DNA of 64,000 nucleotides from an uncultured Alphaproteobacteria bacterium (GCA_944392315.1 CALXWH010000001.1:703-64702); one strand, 5' to 3'; shown: positions 1 to 10,086, numbered from the stretch's first letter. The notes: generated by a model from the sequence alone, not told the origin. Numbers and translations: made by a program.

Positions 1-166
1 GTTTTTATATATTTTTTCACAAAAATTTTACGCCTTTATGAAAGAGCATAATAACGGACATGCGCATTTTCCATTTGAAAAGGTTGTATTGCCGCTTGTG
101 CTTTTATTTGGGGTTAGTTTTGTTTTAGACTTTTATTCTTTGTAATTTTAATGAGGGAGATCTGAT

Positions 167-775
167 ATGAAAAAAGCAGAAAATGTTAAAGAGTTTGTGG
201 AGCGTATTGATGCAACCAAAAAAGTTAATCCGAAAGATTTATCTTCGGATCAGGATTTGACGATTGCTATCATGAACCTTATTTCCATTGAGGAGCATCT
301 TGTTTTTTCGGGGGCTAAAACAGGCAAAACTTCCTTTTATGATTTGATTGAAGATGTTCGTGAAACTCGCAAAAAGCTCATGATGAAAATTATCCCGAGC
401 TATGAGGGGGAAGTTTGGTGTATATCTAAGCACTTGCTGGCTTCTTCCATGCGTTTGATGGAAGTTGGTACCAAACAGCAGAGTTTGGGCAACAAAGAAC
501 AAGCCTATGACCTCTTTAACAAAGCCTATGATTTGTATTGTCTCTTCTGGGGCTTAAATATGAATATGCTTGATGTCAACAACGTTAAATGGATTGAAGA
601 CAGCATGAAGGATATCAAGAAAATCAGCGACAAAATTGATGCTGCCGGAGTGGCAGCTAGTTCTCCGGTAGAAGAGCCCGCGACAACCGAATCTGTTGCA
701 AACGAAGAGCCTAAAACCGCATTTGCCAAGATGAAGGCCTTTGTTCGCAAGGCGGTTGATTGTTGTATTGAATAA
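167..775 (+). CDS. hypothetical protein
   Basis: 609-nt ORF with GAGGGAG Shine-Dalgarno 7 nt upstream of the ATG. Product is hydrophilic, looks helical and ends CCIE. No family motif recognised. Confidence 0.55.
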   Translation: MKKAENVKEFVERIDATKKVNPKDLSSDQDLTIAIMNLISIEEHLVFSGAKTGKTSFYDLIEDVRETRKKLMMKIIPSYEGEVWCISKHLLASSMRLMEVGTKQQSLGNKEQAYDLFNKAYDLYCLFWGLNMNMLDVNNVKWIEDSMKDIKKISDKIDAAGVAASSPVEEPATTESVANEEPKTAFAKMKAFVRKAVDCCIE

Positions 776-800
776 TTTTATCTGATGTATGGAGGTTTTA

Positions 801-1151
801 ATGAAAAATTTTTTCTATCTCATGATGGCGGCTATGCTGTTTTTTAGCGGTAATGTTTTTGCTGAAGATGATATCAAAAATGATAAAATTTACTTTTTTA
901 CCTATGACGGATGTCCTTATTGCCAAATGGCCAATGAGCATATCCAGAAAATGAATGTTGCTCTTAATATTGAAAAAATTGATATCTATAAACCCGGTGG
1001 AATGTACCTATTCAAAAAGTGTGCCGAAAAATTTAATCTCGGACGCAATATCGGTACGCCTCTCTTTTGCATGGGGGATAATTATCTTATGGGATGGTCC
1101 GACGAAAATCAAAAAAGATTTGATGAGCTAAGCCTTAACTTCAAAAAATAA
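801..1151 (+). CDS. secreted thioredoxin/glutaredoxin-fold protein with CPYC redox motif
   Basis: Signal peptide MKNFFYLMMAAMLFFSGNVFA followed by YDGCPYCQ (CxxC). GGAGG 5 nt upstream favours ATG 801 over the ORF-track start at 789. Confidence 0.6.
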   Translation: MKNFFYLMMAAMLFFSGNVFAEDDIKNDKIYFFTYDGCPYCQMANEHIQKMNVALNIEKIDIYKPGGMYLFKKCAEKFNLGRNIGTPLFCMGDNYLMGWSDENQKRFDELSLNFKK

Positions 1152-1170
1152 TTTCCCTTTTCCATCCTTA

Positions 1171-1204
1171 AAAATCGCCTCTGTTTGCTGAGGCGATTTT
1201 GTTT
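1171..1204 (+). terminator. rho-independent terminator
   Basis: Hairpin aaaatcgcctc/tgtttgc/gaggcgatttt followed by a T-rich run, 20 nt after the stop at 1151. Confidence 0.65.
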
Positions 1205-1265
1205 ATATTGACTGTTGTGGCTTTTTTATTTAATATTAATTTGCTTTTTTATTTAGGAGATTAGG

Positions 1266-1751
1266 ATGCAATTTACAACTATTTTCGGAGAGCTTATTGA
1301 TACACCTTGCGCCGGTTGTGTGGTGGCTGATAATAGTAAATTTAAGCAAGGAAGAATCTTTCAAACTAAGCTATGGGATGTTAGTCAGGATTTTGAAATT
1401 CCTTATCCGGGAATGATTGTTATCTCTCCTATGCGCCACGTTTCCAATTATATGGATTTGGATACTCAAGAGGTGCAAGAGTTGCATCAGCTCTTGGTAC
1501 ACGCTAAAAAGGCTCTTTCTTTGATTTTTAATTGTCAAAAATTTGCTTATCTGTTTTATGAAAAAACAGACGGACATATTCACTTTGTTATTATTCCTTT
1601 ACATGGTTTGGTTGAGATTGATGATAAATATGCCGTTTTAAGTGAACTCTTCCGCAAAGCTCCTATTCTTCTTCGTGATGAGAAAAATATGAATAATGTC
1701 TTTCAGACCATAGATGATCTTAGAAAATATTTTCAAGAAATTTGTTTTTGA
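1266..1751 (+). CDS. HIT-family (histidine triad-like) hydrolase
   Basis: AGGAG SD. CxxC near the N-terminus (CAGC), VISPMRHV core and DGHIHFVIIPLH, which resembles the HxHxHxx triad region. Confidence 0.55.
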   Translation: MQFTTIFGELIDTPCAGCVVADNSKFKQGRIFQTKLWDVSQDFEIPYPGMIVISPMRHVSNYMDLDTQEVQELHQLLVHAKKALSLIFNCQKFAYLFYEKTDGHIHFVIIPLHGLVEIDDKYAVLSELFRKAPILLRDEKNMNNVFQTIDDLRKYFQEICF

Positions 1752-1845
1752 ACTTGATTTTTTTCTCATAATCTCAATGTGAAATTTTGTTGCAATCGTT
1801 ATTCTTTGGGCTATACTTATTTTAGTTTTATAGGAGTGTTTTTTC

Positions 1846-2490
1846 ATGGATAAACCATTACCTGTTGAGGTTATGAAAAAGGCTGTACGCGGAATTAGTT
1901 ATATTTCTCATCCGCTGAGATTGCGTATTCTTGAATATCTTGATGTGAATGGGGCGTCTTCTGTTTCTGCCATTACTAAAGCTCTTAATGCTGAGCAGGC
2001 GGTTATTTCGCAGAGCCTGAAAAAAATGCGTGAGAATAATCTAGTTAAAACAACGCGACACGGGATTTTTATCTATTATGACATCTGCGAGGAATATCCG
2101 GCGAGTGTTTTCGTTTGTCTTAGAAAACTTTATGCTTATATGACGGATTGCTTTTTCTTTTTGCAAGATGGTGTTAAAGAAATGCTTCCGGCTGACTATA
2201 CCATGATGACAGCGAACCGTATGAAACTTTTTGCTCATTTTGATAAAATGCGAATCTTAGAGTGGCTTACACTTTATGGACGGCAAAATGTTACTGAAAT
2301 CGTTAACGGGATTGGTCTGGAGCAACTTAAAGTTTCTCAATTCTTAAAAAAACTTCGGGATGATGGTTTCGTTACTGCTGAACGGCAGGGGCGTTTTATT
2401 TTTTATAATATCACCGACGGAGTTCACAAAACTTGCATTCAGTGCATCCATAAGCGATACAATTCCCTTAAAAACAAAGATGATTTTTAA
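1846..2490 (+). CDS. transcriptional regulator with two tandem ArsR/SmtB-type winged-helix domains
   Basis: Two copies of the ArsR pattern: HPLRLRILEYL..SVSAITKALNAEQAVISQSLKKMRENNLV and KMRILEWL..NVTEIVNGIGLEQLKVSQFLKKLRDDGFV. Confidence 0.7.
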   Translation: MDKPLPVEVMKKAVRGISYISHPLRLRILEYLDVNGASSVSAITKALNAEQAVISQSLKKMRENNLVKTTRHGIFIYYDICEEYPASVFVCLRKLYAYMTDCFFFLQDGVKEMLPADYTMMTANRMKLFAHFDKMRILEWLTLYGRQNVTEIVNGIGLEQLKVSQFLKKLRDDGFVTAERQGRFIFYNITDGVHKTCIQCIHKRYNSLKNKDDF

Positions 2491-3392
2491 TTTTGTGAGT
2501 GACGACTTTTCATATAAATTTGTTGTGATATTTTTGCAATGATTTCCGCATTGGTTTCATCGCTCTCGTAAGAATCGGATACCATGATTGCCAGATAATA
2601 TTTTTTATTGCCTGCTTTAATAATTGCTGCATCATTGTCGGCGATTTTCTTTCCGTCTTGTAGCCTTGACGAGGAACCGGTTTTATGCGCCACATTTACA
2701 TATTTAGGTAAATATCCTTTTATCTTATTGGCTCCGGTTACTGTGCTTTGCATAATTGACAATAACTCTTTATGCAACTCTTCAGAAAATAATTTGTTCT
2801 CATCTATCATTTTCAGTAATGCTAAAATTTCATGAAGAGGAGCCCTATTTTGATATTGCGTCATATCTGCTCTATTCATTATATCTTCGGTTACTTTTAT
2901 TTCTGTTTCCGGCAAGCCTATCGCATGAATATATTTTTCTACCGAATCTGTTCCACCTACCCACTTGATAAGAATATCGCAAGCATTGTTATCACTTTCT
3001 GCCACCATATAATATAGAAGCTCATGCAGAGATAAGTTTAAATTTTTGACACCATATTTTTCACGTAGTGGGCTATAAGTATTTTCTTTTATATCAGCAG
3101 AAGAGATTTTTATTTTGTTTTCCAGATTTAATTTTTCACGATTTATTTTATCTAATACCGCAACAGCTACATGCAACTTAAAAACACTTAATAAAGGATA
3201 TTTTTTTTGATTATTTTGATAGGTTACTTGATTATCAGCATAACCTATTCCGATATTTGCTTTATAGCCAGAATATTGCTCGCTTATTGCCTTCAAATTC
3301 TGTTCTGTCGCATTATTGGTTCTTACAAACCATACAATCAATGCAAGCAATAAAACAGCACCAAGAAATAATATTCTTTGTATTTTCATCAT
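2487..3392 (-). CDS. class A beta-lactamase (serine beta-lactamase, CfxA/CepA-like appearance)
   Basis: Signal peptide, then S-x-x-K (SVFK), SDN (AESDNNA) and KTG (AHKTGSS) in canonical order and spacing. GGAG sits 6 nt upstream of ATG 3392. The ORF-track start at 3407 is a TTG. Confidence 0.8.
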   Translation of the reverse strand: MMKIQRILFLGAVLLLALIVWFVRTNNATEQNLKAISEQYSGYKANIGIGYADNQVTYQNNQKKYPLLSVFKLHVAVAVLDKINREKLNLENKIKISSADIKENTYSPLREKYGVKNLNLSLHELLYYMVAESDNNACDILIKWVGGTDSVEKYIHAIGLPETEIKVTEDIMNRADMTQYQNRAPLHEILALLKMIDENKLFSEELHKELLSIMQSTVTGANKIKGYLPKYVNVAHKTGSSSRLQDGKKIADNDAAIIKAGNKKYYLAIMVSDSYESDETNAEIIAKISQQIYMKSRHSQN

Positions 3393-3408
3393 CTCTTTCT
3401 CCGGCAAT

Positions 3409-3445
3409 TAAAAAAACCGTTCCTTATTGCTAAGGAATGGTTTTT
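3409..3445 (-). terminator. rho-independent terminator of the tRNA-Cys/tRNA-Asn unit
   Basis: 12-bp hairpin (aaccattcctta/gcaa/taaggaacggtt on the minus strand) followed by T7. It lies between tRNA-Asn and the beta-lactamase start. Confidence 0.6.
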
Positions 3446-3447
3446 AG

Positions 3448-3522
3448 TGGCTCCGACTGCTGGGCTCGAACCAGCGACCAATCGGTTAACAGCCGATTGC
3501 TCTACCACTGAGCTAAGTCGGA
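3448..3522 (-). tRNA. tRNA-Asn (GTT)
   Basis: Hand-folded cloverleaf: acceptor tccgact/agtcgga, anticodon loop ctGTTaa, T-loop ttcgagc, encoded CCA; 75 nt. Confidence 0.9.
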
Positions 3523-3533
3523 ATAATACTTAT

Positions 3534-3608
3534 TGGAGGCCGGTACCGGAATTGAACCGATGTACAAGGATTTGCAGTCCTCTGCATGAGCCACTCTGCC
3601 AACCGGCC
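3534..3608 (-). tRNA. tRNA-Cys (GCA)
   Basis: Hand-folded cloverleaf: acceptor ggccggt/accggcc, anticodon loop ctGCAaa, T-loop ttcaatt, encoded CCA; 75 nt. Confidence 0.9.
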
Positions 3609-3792
3609 AACTCAAAGTACCAACGTCAACGTGGTGATTTGTATATATACATAATTTTTTTGAACGTCAATAGATTTTTTTTAAAAATGTTATTTTTTTT
3701 CATTCTGTGTATATCTGCTGTGCATATCTCTTAAAAAGATGTTATATCCTTTATTGTTTTTTGCCATATTTATACCGTTTTTAGGAGATTTG

Positions 3793-4224
3793 ATGATGAA
3801 AATTGCTGTTGCTTCCGATCATGCCGGATTTGAAATGAAAGATTTTATTGCGAAAACTCTTTCTCAAAAAAAAATTGATGTTTTAGACTTGGGAACTTCG
3901 GATTGTTCTTCGGTTGATTACCCTACTTTTGCCGATAAAATGGCTCAATGTATTTTAGCTCATCAGGCTGATTTGGGAATTTTGGTTTGCGGAACAGGAA
4001 TCGGTATTTCTATTCGCGCAAACAGACATAAGGGTATTCGCGCCGCCCTGCTTTATTCTGATGAAGTTGCTAAAATGGCTAAACAACATAATAACGCTAA
4101 CGTTATTGTTTTTGGCGGACGAACAATGGATAAAAATGATGTTTTACGGAGAATTGATATTTTCTTAAATACACAATTTGAAGGTGGAAGACATCAAAGA
4201 AGAATTGATTTATTGGATTTGTAA
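3793..4224 (+). CDS. rpiB: ribose-5-phosphate isomerase B (RpiB/LacAB family)
   Basis: MKIAVASDHAGFEMK N-terminus, GTGIGISI and NVIVFGGR motifs. AGGAG SD upstream of ATG 3793. The ORF-track extension from 3739 is hydrophobic junk. Confidence 0.85.
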   Translation: MMKIAVASDHAGFEMKDFIAKTLSQKKIDVLDLGTSDCSSVDYPTFADKMAQCILAHQADLGILVCGTGIGISIRANRHKGIRAALLYSDEVAKMAKQHNNANVIVFGGRTMDKNDVLRRIDIFLNTQFEGGRHQRRIDLLDL

Positions 4225-4245
4225 TTTGCTTTTATGAGGCTATAG

Positions 4246-5502
4246 ATGAATACGACAGATTTGAAAGATTTTGATGCAGACATATATGAGGCTATTCATG
4301 ATGAATTGGTCAGACAGCAAAATAATGTTGAATTAATTGCTTCTGAAAATATTGTCTCTAAAGCTGTTTTGGAAGCACAGGGTTCCATCTTAACAAACAA
4401 ATATGCAGAAGGATATCCCGAACATCGTTACTATGGCGGATGTGCCTTTGTTGATAAAATAGAGCAAATCGCAATTGATCGCCTAAAGCAACTGTTTCAT
4501 GCGCAATTTGCAAATGTTCAGCCGCACTCCGGCTCGCAAGCGAATATGGCTGTTTTTGGAGCTTTGCTTAAACCCGGTGATACGATTCTTGGGATGAGCC
4601 TTGATGCCGGTGGACATTTAACGCATGGCGCCAAGGTTTCTTTTTCCGGCAAGTGGTTTAACTCCATACAGTACGGTGTTGAAAAAGAAACCGGGCTTAT
4701 TGATTATAAACAAGTGCATAGTTTGGCTAATTTGCACAAGCCTAAGCTGATTATTGCCGGTTGTTCTGCGTATCCGCGGCAAATAGATTTTGTTAAATTC
4801 AGAGCTATCGCCAATGAATGTGGTGCCTTTTTGATGGTGGATATGGCTCATTTTGCCGGCCTTGTAGCAAGCGGCCTTTATCCTAACCCTTTAACATTTG
4901 CTGATGTTGTTACAACCACTACACACAAGACTCTTCGCGGACCTCGTGGCGGAGCTATTTTGACGAATAAAGCCGAAATTGCTAAGAAAATAAACTCTGC
5001 AATTTTTCCGGGTATGCAGGGTGGCCCTCTGGAGCACGTTATTGCTGCTAAAGCTGTCTGTTTTAAAGAAGCGCTCAGTGATGAATTTAAGGCTTATTCC
5101 GAACAGGTGATTAAGAACGCCAAAGTTTTAGGCGATGTTCTTATGGAGCGCGGTCTTAAATTAGTTACAGGCGGAACAGATACTCATTTGCTATTAGTTG
5201 ATTTAACGCCCAAAGGAATTAATGGTAAAGAATTAACGGATGCTCTAGAGCTCGTTAATATTACGGCCAATAAAAATGCTATTCCGTATGATCCGCTTCC
5301 GCCGTCTGTGACTTCCGGAATCCGATTGGGAACACCGGCCGGCACAACGCGTGGTTTTAAGGAAAAAGAATTTATACTCATCGGGCAAGCTATCGCGGAT
5401 ATTGTTGATGCTTTACACACACCGGCAATTGATGAAGTTACCAAGAAAACAAAAGCAAAAATTTTGGAATTAACTTCGGCTTTTCCGATTTATCAAGATT
5501 AA
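4246..5502 (+). CDS. glyA: serine hydroxymethyltransferase
   Basis: Full-length SHMT with LIASEN, the PLP-lysine motif [14 protein letters not shown], and conserved length (418 aa). Confidence 0.97.
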   Translation: MNTTDLKDFDADIYEAIHDELVRQQNNVELIASENIVSKAVLEAQGSILTNKYAEGYPEHRYYGGCAFVDKIEQIAIDRLKQLFHAQFANVQPHSGSQANMAVFGALLKPGDTILGMSLDAGGHLTHGAKVSFSGKWFNSIQYGVEKETGLIDYKQVHSLANLHKPKLIIAGCSAYPRQIDFVKFRAIANECGAFLMVDMAHFAGLVASGLYPNPLTFADVVTTTTHKTLRGPRGGAILTNKAEIAKKINSAIFPGMQGGPLEHVIAAKAVCFKEALSDEFKAYSEQVIKNAKVLGDVLMERGLKLVTGGTDTHLLLVDLTPKGINGKELTDALELVNITANKNAIPYDPLPPSVTSGIRLGTPAGTTRGFKEKEFILIGQAIADIVDALHTPAIDEVTKKTKAKILELTSAFPIYQD

Positions 5503-5504
5503 AT

Positions 5505-6203
5505 CTAACGCTCTCGTTTTTTAGAGGCTAAAGTTCTTAAATGGATTTTGGCCTCTTTCTTTACTTGAAAAGAATCGCAAATTTTACTTATGCTTTTTTG
5601 AAAAACAAATTTATCTAACGGCGTATCTTGTAAAAAGGTTTCAGTTTCGTTAGGATATTTTACATACATCATAGACAATAACCATGCTACTGCCATTTTA
5701 TCGTAAAAACCGACATATTTTTGCGCTCTGATGAGTGAAAATATTTTTTGCAAATACGTTTCGTTTATAAAATAGCTCAAGGCCATAACGTAGAAAAAAC
5801 GGATTTCATATTCCTTATGACTTTGTGTCAATGGTCTAAAAGTTTCCCAATAAAGTTGTTGCTGCTTTTTGGCATCTTTGATACTTGAACAAAAAACATC
5901 GCAAACAGCCCAACTATTTATATAAGGTACAAAATTTTTTATTTGCTCTATCTTATCCGGACTTTTGCTTTGGGCTATCAGTAACGAATAGAGCATAAAC
6001 TCTTCTTGATATTTTAACTCTGTTAAAGGTATTTTTAAATAATCTTCTGCTTTTCCGACTTTGGCTATTTCTTTTGCTATTTGCCGTAATTTTGGAATAC
6101 GCACACCCAATAAATCAATCTGGGGCGGTAAAAGTTTAGCGGAGAATTTTTGATATTTTTTCTCCGCTTCTTCTTGTAATTTTTTTAATACTTCAGTACG
6201 CAT
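5505..6203 (-). CDS. DNA alkylation repair protein (AlkD-like HEAT-repeat family)
   Basis: N-terminus KYQKFSAKLLPPQIDLLGVRIPKLRQIAKEI is typical of the DNA alkylation repair enzyme family. Overlaps the nagB stop by 11 nt. Confidence 0.65.
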   Translation of the reverse strand: MRTEVLKKLQEEAEKKYQKFSAKLLPPQIDLLGVRIPKLRQIAKEIAKVGKAEDYLKIPLTELKYQEEFMLYSLLIAQSKSPDKIEQIKNFVPYINSWAVCDVFCSSIKDAKKQQQLYWETFRPLTQSHKEYEIRFFYVMALSYFINETYLQKIFSLIRAQKYVGFYDKMAVAWLLSMMYVKYPNETETFLQDTPLDKFVFQKSISKICDSFQVKKEAKIHLRTLASKKRER

Positions 6204-6984
6204 TGCGCTCTATATCTTTTAAATACAATACCGTTTCTTGTTCCAATTTTGAAGCGGCATCTTCATCACATACATATATACCATGGCGATGCATTTGTAA
6301 TGCACTCACTGCCCAGCGATGATTTACACTCCCTTCTATGGCGGCTTTGGTGGCTTCGGCTTTTGCAATTCCGGTTGCCAAAATCATCACTTCTTTGGCG
6401 TCCATAATCGTGCCTGTTCCAACGGTTAATACTGTATGCGGAACTTTGCTGATGTCATTATCAAACAGTTTAGCTTTTATTTTCATTGTTTCTGTGGTCA
6501 GGGTCTTAACGCGTGTGTGCGAATCTAAAGACGAAAACGGTTCGTTAAACGCAATATGTCCATCGGCACCAACACCTCCGACAAATAAATCTATTCCGCC
6601 CTTTTGACGAATCGCCAATTCAAAATTTGCGCACTCCTTCTCATAGTTTTTTGTCCGCCCATCCAGAATATAAATATTTGCCTCTTTGGTGTCTATGTGC
6701 TTTAATAAATATTCATCCATATAGCTACGACAACTTTGCGGAGCGTTCTTCTCTAAGCCGATAAATTCATTCATGCAGAATATAACCACATTAGCAAACG
6801 ATAACTTTCCGGCACGGTTTAATTCTACCAATTTTTTATACATACCTTTTGGGGTGTCTCCCATCGGTAAACCCAATACAAATGGCTTTGCGGATGTTGG
6901 TCTGGCGCGTTTGATGCGATATGCAATGTATGTTGCTGCCCAGTCGGTTACTTCTTCATAGTCTGATTTTATGATAACGCGCAT
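6193..6984 (-). CDS. nagB: glucosamine-6-phosphate deaminase
   Basis: GLPMGDTP and GGVGADGHIAFNEP motifs; 263 aa, typical length. Confidence 0.92.
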   Translation of the reverse strand: MRVIIKSDYEEVTDWAATYIAYRIKRARPTSAKPFVLGLPMGDTPKGMYKKLVELNRAGKLSFANVVIFCMNEFIGLEKNAPQSCRSYMDEYLLKHIDTKEANIYILDGRTKNYEKECANFELAIRQKGGIDLFVGGVGADGHIAFNEPFSSLDSHTRVKTLTTETMKIKAKLFDNDISKVPHTVLTVGTGTIMDAKEVMILATGIAKAEATKAAIEGSVNHRWAVSALQMHRHGIYVCDEDAASKLEQETVLYLKDIERNAY

Positions 6985-7055
6985 GACACTTCTCCCCTCT
7001 CTTCTTTGGTTTTATCGGTATGATTTAATATATATAAAGATTAGTAAACTTTTTG

Positions 7056-8555
7056 CTAATGTTTGTCAACGTACTCGTAGCTTTTTGTGAGGACATTATA
7101 GCGACAGTCGTAACTTTGATATTCTGGTTTCAGAATATATAAATCATCTCTATTAAGTGGGGTATACATTTCTTGCAACATATGATTACTAATCCAATGT
7201 ATCGGGTGTACACCTATTTCTCCCCTATATTCCCGATAGGTATCATAGTAGTTTTTGCCATAGATAATCTTGGGCCGGTATTTTCTGATTAAACTCTCTA
7301 AATCTGCTGTCGGGCGTATCCCGATGGTGGCGGCTATTACATCTATCTGCCCTTTCAGGTTCCATATAAAATCAATGTCTTTATTAAACAAATTATAGCC
7401 TATTCTGTATCCATTGACCACATAATCGCAAGGGTTCGTCAATCTTAGCACAAAGCCCGATGCCCCATACTTAAAATCATCACCGACGGTTATTCTTTTG
7501 CTGTATATATGGGCATATATGCCGCCTAAAATGAGAAGATACACCAAAACGATATAAATTATCCGTTGTCTCTTTTTGACCATTTCTGATATAGCGACGC
7601 CGGCTAAGGTGCAGGCTAATGCATGTAATAGTGCAAAGTAATATACAAACGGTGTGAAATAGTACATTCTTATTATATATTCTATTACAAAAACGGCCGC
7701 AAATGACTTCACATACACACTACCGGAATATACATTTTTAACCAAAGCGTATATCGCCAACAATATCGGTATTGTCATTTCATAACTGGGGTGAATAAAG
7801 CGTCTGGTATAAAAGACATCCGGTATATGGGCATTTAATTCAAAATTGGCCTTTATATACATTGTCAAAACATCTTCATAGTACAGAAATGTCAGAAATG
7901 CGGCATAAAGCAGCAACGGCACACTTCCGCTTATGATGCAATCATTGATGGCTATCTTTTTTTCTTTTACTAACCATAAAATAACAAAACCTATTCCTAT
8001 CACAATTAGAGCTGCTTTTTGGGTAAACATAAAAGAGGCAAAGAACAGCATAAATGAAATAAATAAAGCCCCTAATTTTTTATCCCGCATATAGCGAAAT
8101 AAATAATATATCCCGACAATTATGGTGGTTGCCATAAAATTATCCGGCTTAAAATCTTTATTATACAAACTTTCTTGCGGAAGTGCGCATAAGGCGGCCG
8201 CAACTAGCCCGCCGATTTTATCGGATAGGAAATCTTTATGCAGCCGATACATATACCACAGCATAATTAAGAATACGGTCACTGTCAGCATATTGACGGC
8301 ATCTACGGCGCGTAAACTATATTCATAATATCCAACCAGCGGGGCACCGACATACCACAATAAGGGATTATGGTGTTGAAAAAAATCTTTGTATGGTAAT
8401 TTGCCGCTCCAAACTAACCATGAAGAGTGCACATGCTCTAAGGTATCACCATCGCCTGAACCACTGTATATGACTGTCCAATACAACAGCCCACCGCAAA
8501 AAATGAGGTACATTATCAAAATAGCTTTGATTATGTTTTCTTTCTTAAAAAGCAT
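7056..8555 (-). CDS. GT-C-type (PMT/ArnT-like) polytopic membrane glycosyltransferase, paralog B
   Basis: At least 10 hydrophobic segments. First-loop motif GDGDTLEHVHSSWLVWSGKLPYKDFFQHHNPLLWY resembles the acidic-loop and PPL motif of GT39/GT83 enzymes. C-terminal soluble domain of about 130 aa with 2 conserved Cys. Clear paralog of 8545-10086. Confidence 0.6.
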   Translation of the reverse strand: MLFKKENIIKAILIMYLIFCGGLLYWTVIYSGSGDGDTLEHVHSSWLVWSGKLPYKDFFQHHNPLLWYVGAPLVGYYEYSLRAVDAVNMLTVTVFLIMLWYMYRLHKDFLSDKIGGLVAAALCALPQESLYNKDFKPDNFMATTIIVGIYYLFRYMRDKKLGALFISFMLFFASFMFTQKAALIVIGIGFVILWLVKEKKIAINDCIISGSVPLLLYAAFLTFLYYEDVLTMYIKANFELNAHIPDVFYTRRFIHPSYEMTIPILLAIYALVKNVYSGSVYVKSFAAVFVIEYIIRMYYFTPFVYYFALLHALACTLAGVAISEMVKKRQRIIYIVLVYLLILGGIYAHIYSKRITVGDDFKYGASGFVLRLTNPCDYVVNGYRIGYNLFNKDIDFIWNLKGQIDVIAATIGIRPTADLESLIRKYRPKIIYGKNYYDTYREYRGEIGVHPIHWISNHMLQEMYTPLNRDDLYILKPEYQSYDCRYNVLTKSYEYVDKH

Positions 8556-10086
8556 TTAGTCTCGGTTCCTTGTAAAAATATTCCCATGTATCGGTCTTGG
8601 CATTATACCGACAGCGGCGTTTCGCTTGATATTCCGGCTTCAAAATGAAAACATCTACAAACGGTGATTGCATATAGTATTTATCTCTTATCGTGGCATC
8701 TACCCAATGAACCGGAACTTCTATATGTTTCTGACGTAATTTTTCATCCCAATACGGTCCGGTATAAATAATACGCGGAAAATATTGCAATACTGCTTTA
8801 TTTAAATTCGGAAGCGGTGCTAAACCTATCTTATTTCCAATCACATCCAGTTGACCGTTTAGGTTCCAATAATAGGTTATGTCTTTTGTGAAAATACCAT
8901 AAGTCAATCCATAGCCGTTTAAAACCGAATCGCAACGATTGGTCTGCTCTAAAACATATTTCGGAGTTACGTATCTGAAGTAATTCGGCGGTAATTCTCT
9001 TTCGGTACAGTAATTATAAAACGCTTGCATCCCGGCCAATGACAATGCTACAAAAATATAAGCAATCCAATTCCACCGATTAATTAATTTCCACGCAAAT
9101 GCACCCACCATTATGCCGTTTAGAATTTGCAGTTGATAGTAATAGTGTCTGTCTAATGAAAAATAGAAGAACCGTTGTACAGCTTCAGCCAACCACAAAA
9201 GGCTCATGATGCGCGCATAGGTATTGCCTCGGTATAAGAAATAGCCGCATGATAAAAATGTCAGTATGCTCACAACATAAAATTCTACTCGGGTATTTTC
9301 TACCAAATTACCATACACATCCGGTATGTAGAGATTAAAAATATAATTGGAGAGCCAATATTTTTCCACCATTCCATGGTACATCAACCAGCTTAAAAAG
9401 ATAATTGCCCCTATCAATGGTAAAATCAGCGCTTGGGCAAAATCTTTCAAAGCAATATTTTTGGCATATAGTTGATAAATAACTACCGCACCGACGAATG
9501 CCAGAAGAAAAATCACTTTTTGCATAAACAAAAATGAAACAAAGAAGCTCAAAAATGATATCACTAAATCTTTGGGCTGCTTTTTTTCCAAGTATGCAAA
9601 CAGGTAATACAGCCCCAACATAAAGGTCAAGACCATATAGTTATCCGGACGAAAATCTTGTCCGCTAAAAACTATATAGGATGGAAAGACGGCTACCACA
9701 CAAAGCAAGCCAGCATACCAGCTATTTACCATAAACCGACGGACAATTAACGCCGACACCCAGAGGCTTACAAACATGACTAACGTGGAAATTATCCTCA
9801 CAACATCAAATAAAAATAAGTCGTAAGCCAAATACCCTGCTAAAGGCGCAAAGAGATACCACAAAAGAGGATTGTGATGCTGAAAAAAATCTATATACGG
9901 GATTTTTCCGCTAAAAACTAACCACGTGGAATGCAGATGTTCAATATCATCTCCGGTTTCGGGTTGGTGATGATAGAGTACCCAAAACGCTGCACAAACA
10001 CCTATAATTATCTGAAGCAAAAAGAACACTTTAGGGATTATCTTTAGTACCGTTTTCAGTGAATTTTCTTCTGCCGGTTCAGACAT
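8545..10086 (-). CDS. GT-C-type (PMT/ArnT-like) polytopic membrane glycosyltransferase, paralog A
   Basis: ETGDDIEHLHSTWLVFSGKIPYIDFFQHHNPLLWY first loop and the same architecture as 7056-8555. Its stop overlaps the paralog B start by 11 nt. Confidence 0.6.
   Translation of the reverse strand: MSEPAEENSLKTVLKIIPKVFFLLQIIIGVCAAFWVLYHHQPETGDDIEHLHSTWLVFSGKIPYIDFFQHHNPLLWYLFAPLAGYLAYDLFLFDVVRIISTLVMFVSLWVSALIVRRFMVNSWYAGLLCVVAVFPSYIVFSGQDFRPDNYMVLTFMLGLYYLFAYLEKKQPKDLVISFLSFFVSFLFMQKVIFLLAFVGAVVIYQLYAKNIALKDFAQALILPLIGAIIFLSWLMYHGMVEKYWLSNYIFNLYIPDVYGNLVENTRVEFYVVSILTFLSCGYFLYRGNTYARIMSLLWLAEAVQRFFYFSLDRHYYYQLQILNGIMVGAFAWKLINRWNWIAYIFVALSLAGMQAFYNYCTERELPPNYFRYVTPKYVLEQTNRCDSVLNGYGLTYGIFTKDITYYWNLNGQLDVIGNKIGLAPLPNLNKAVLQYFPRIIYTGPYWDEKLRQKHIEVPVHWVDATIRDKYYMQSPFVDVFILKPEYQAKRRCRYNAKTDTWEYFYKEPRLNAF

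Noticed and set aside
3378-3734. 118-aa + strand ORF.
   Set aside because: It is read through the antisense of tRNA-Asn and tRNA-Cys and through AT-rich spacer. There is no RBS, and the region is explained by the two tRNA genes.
7056-10086. Possibility that the two GT-C ORFs are halves of one disrupted gene (a pseudogene).
   Set aside because: Each ORF contains the complete architecture (N-terminal catalytic loop, multi-TM core, C-terminal soluble domain), and they align end to end as paralogs. The 11-nt overlap looks like translational coupling, not a frameshift.
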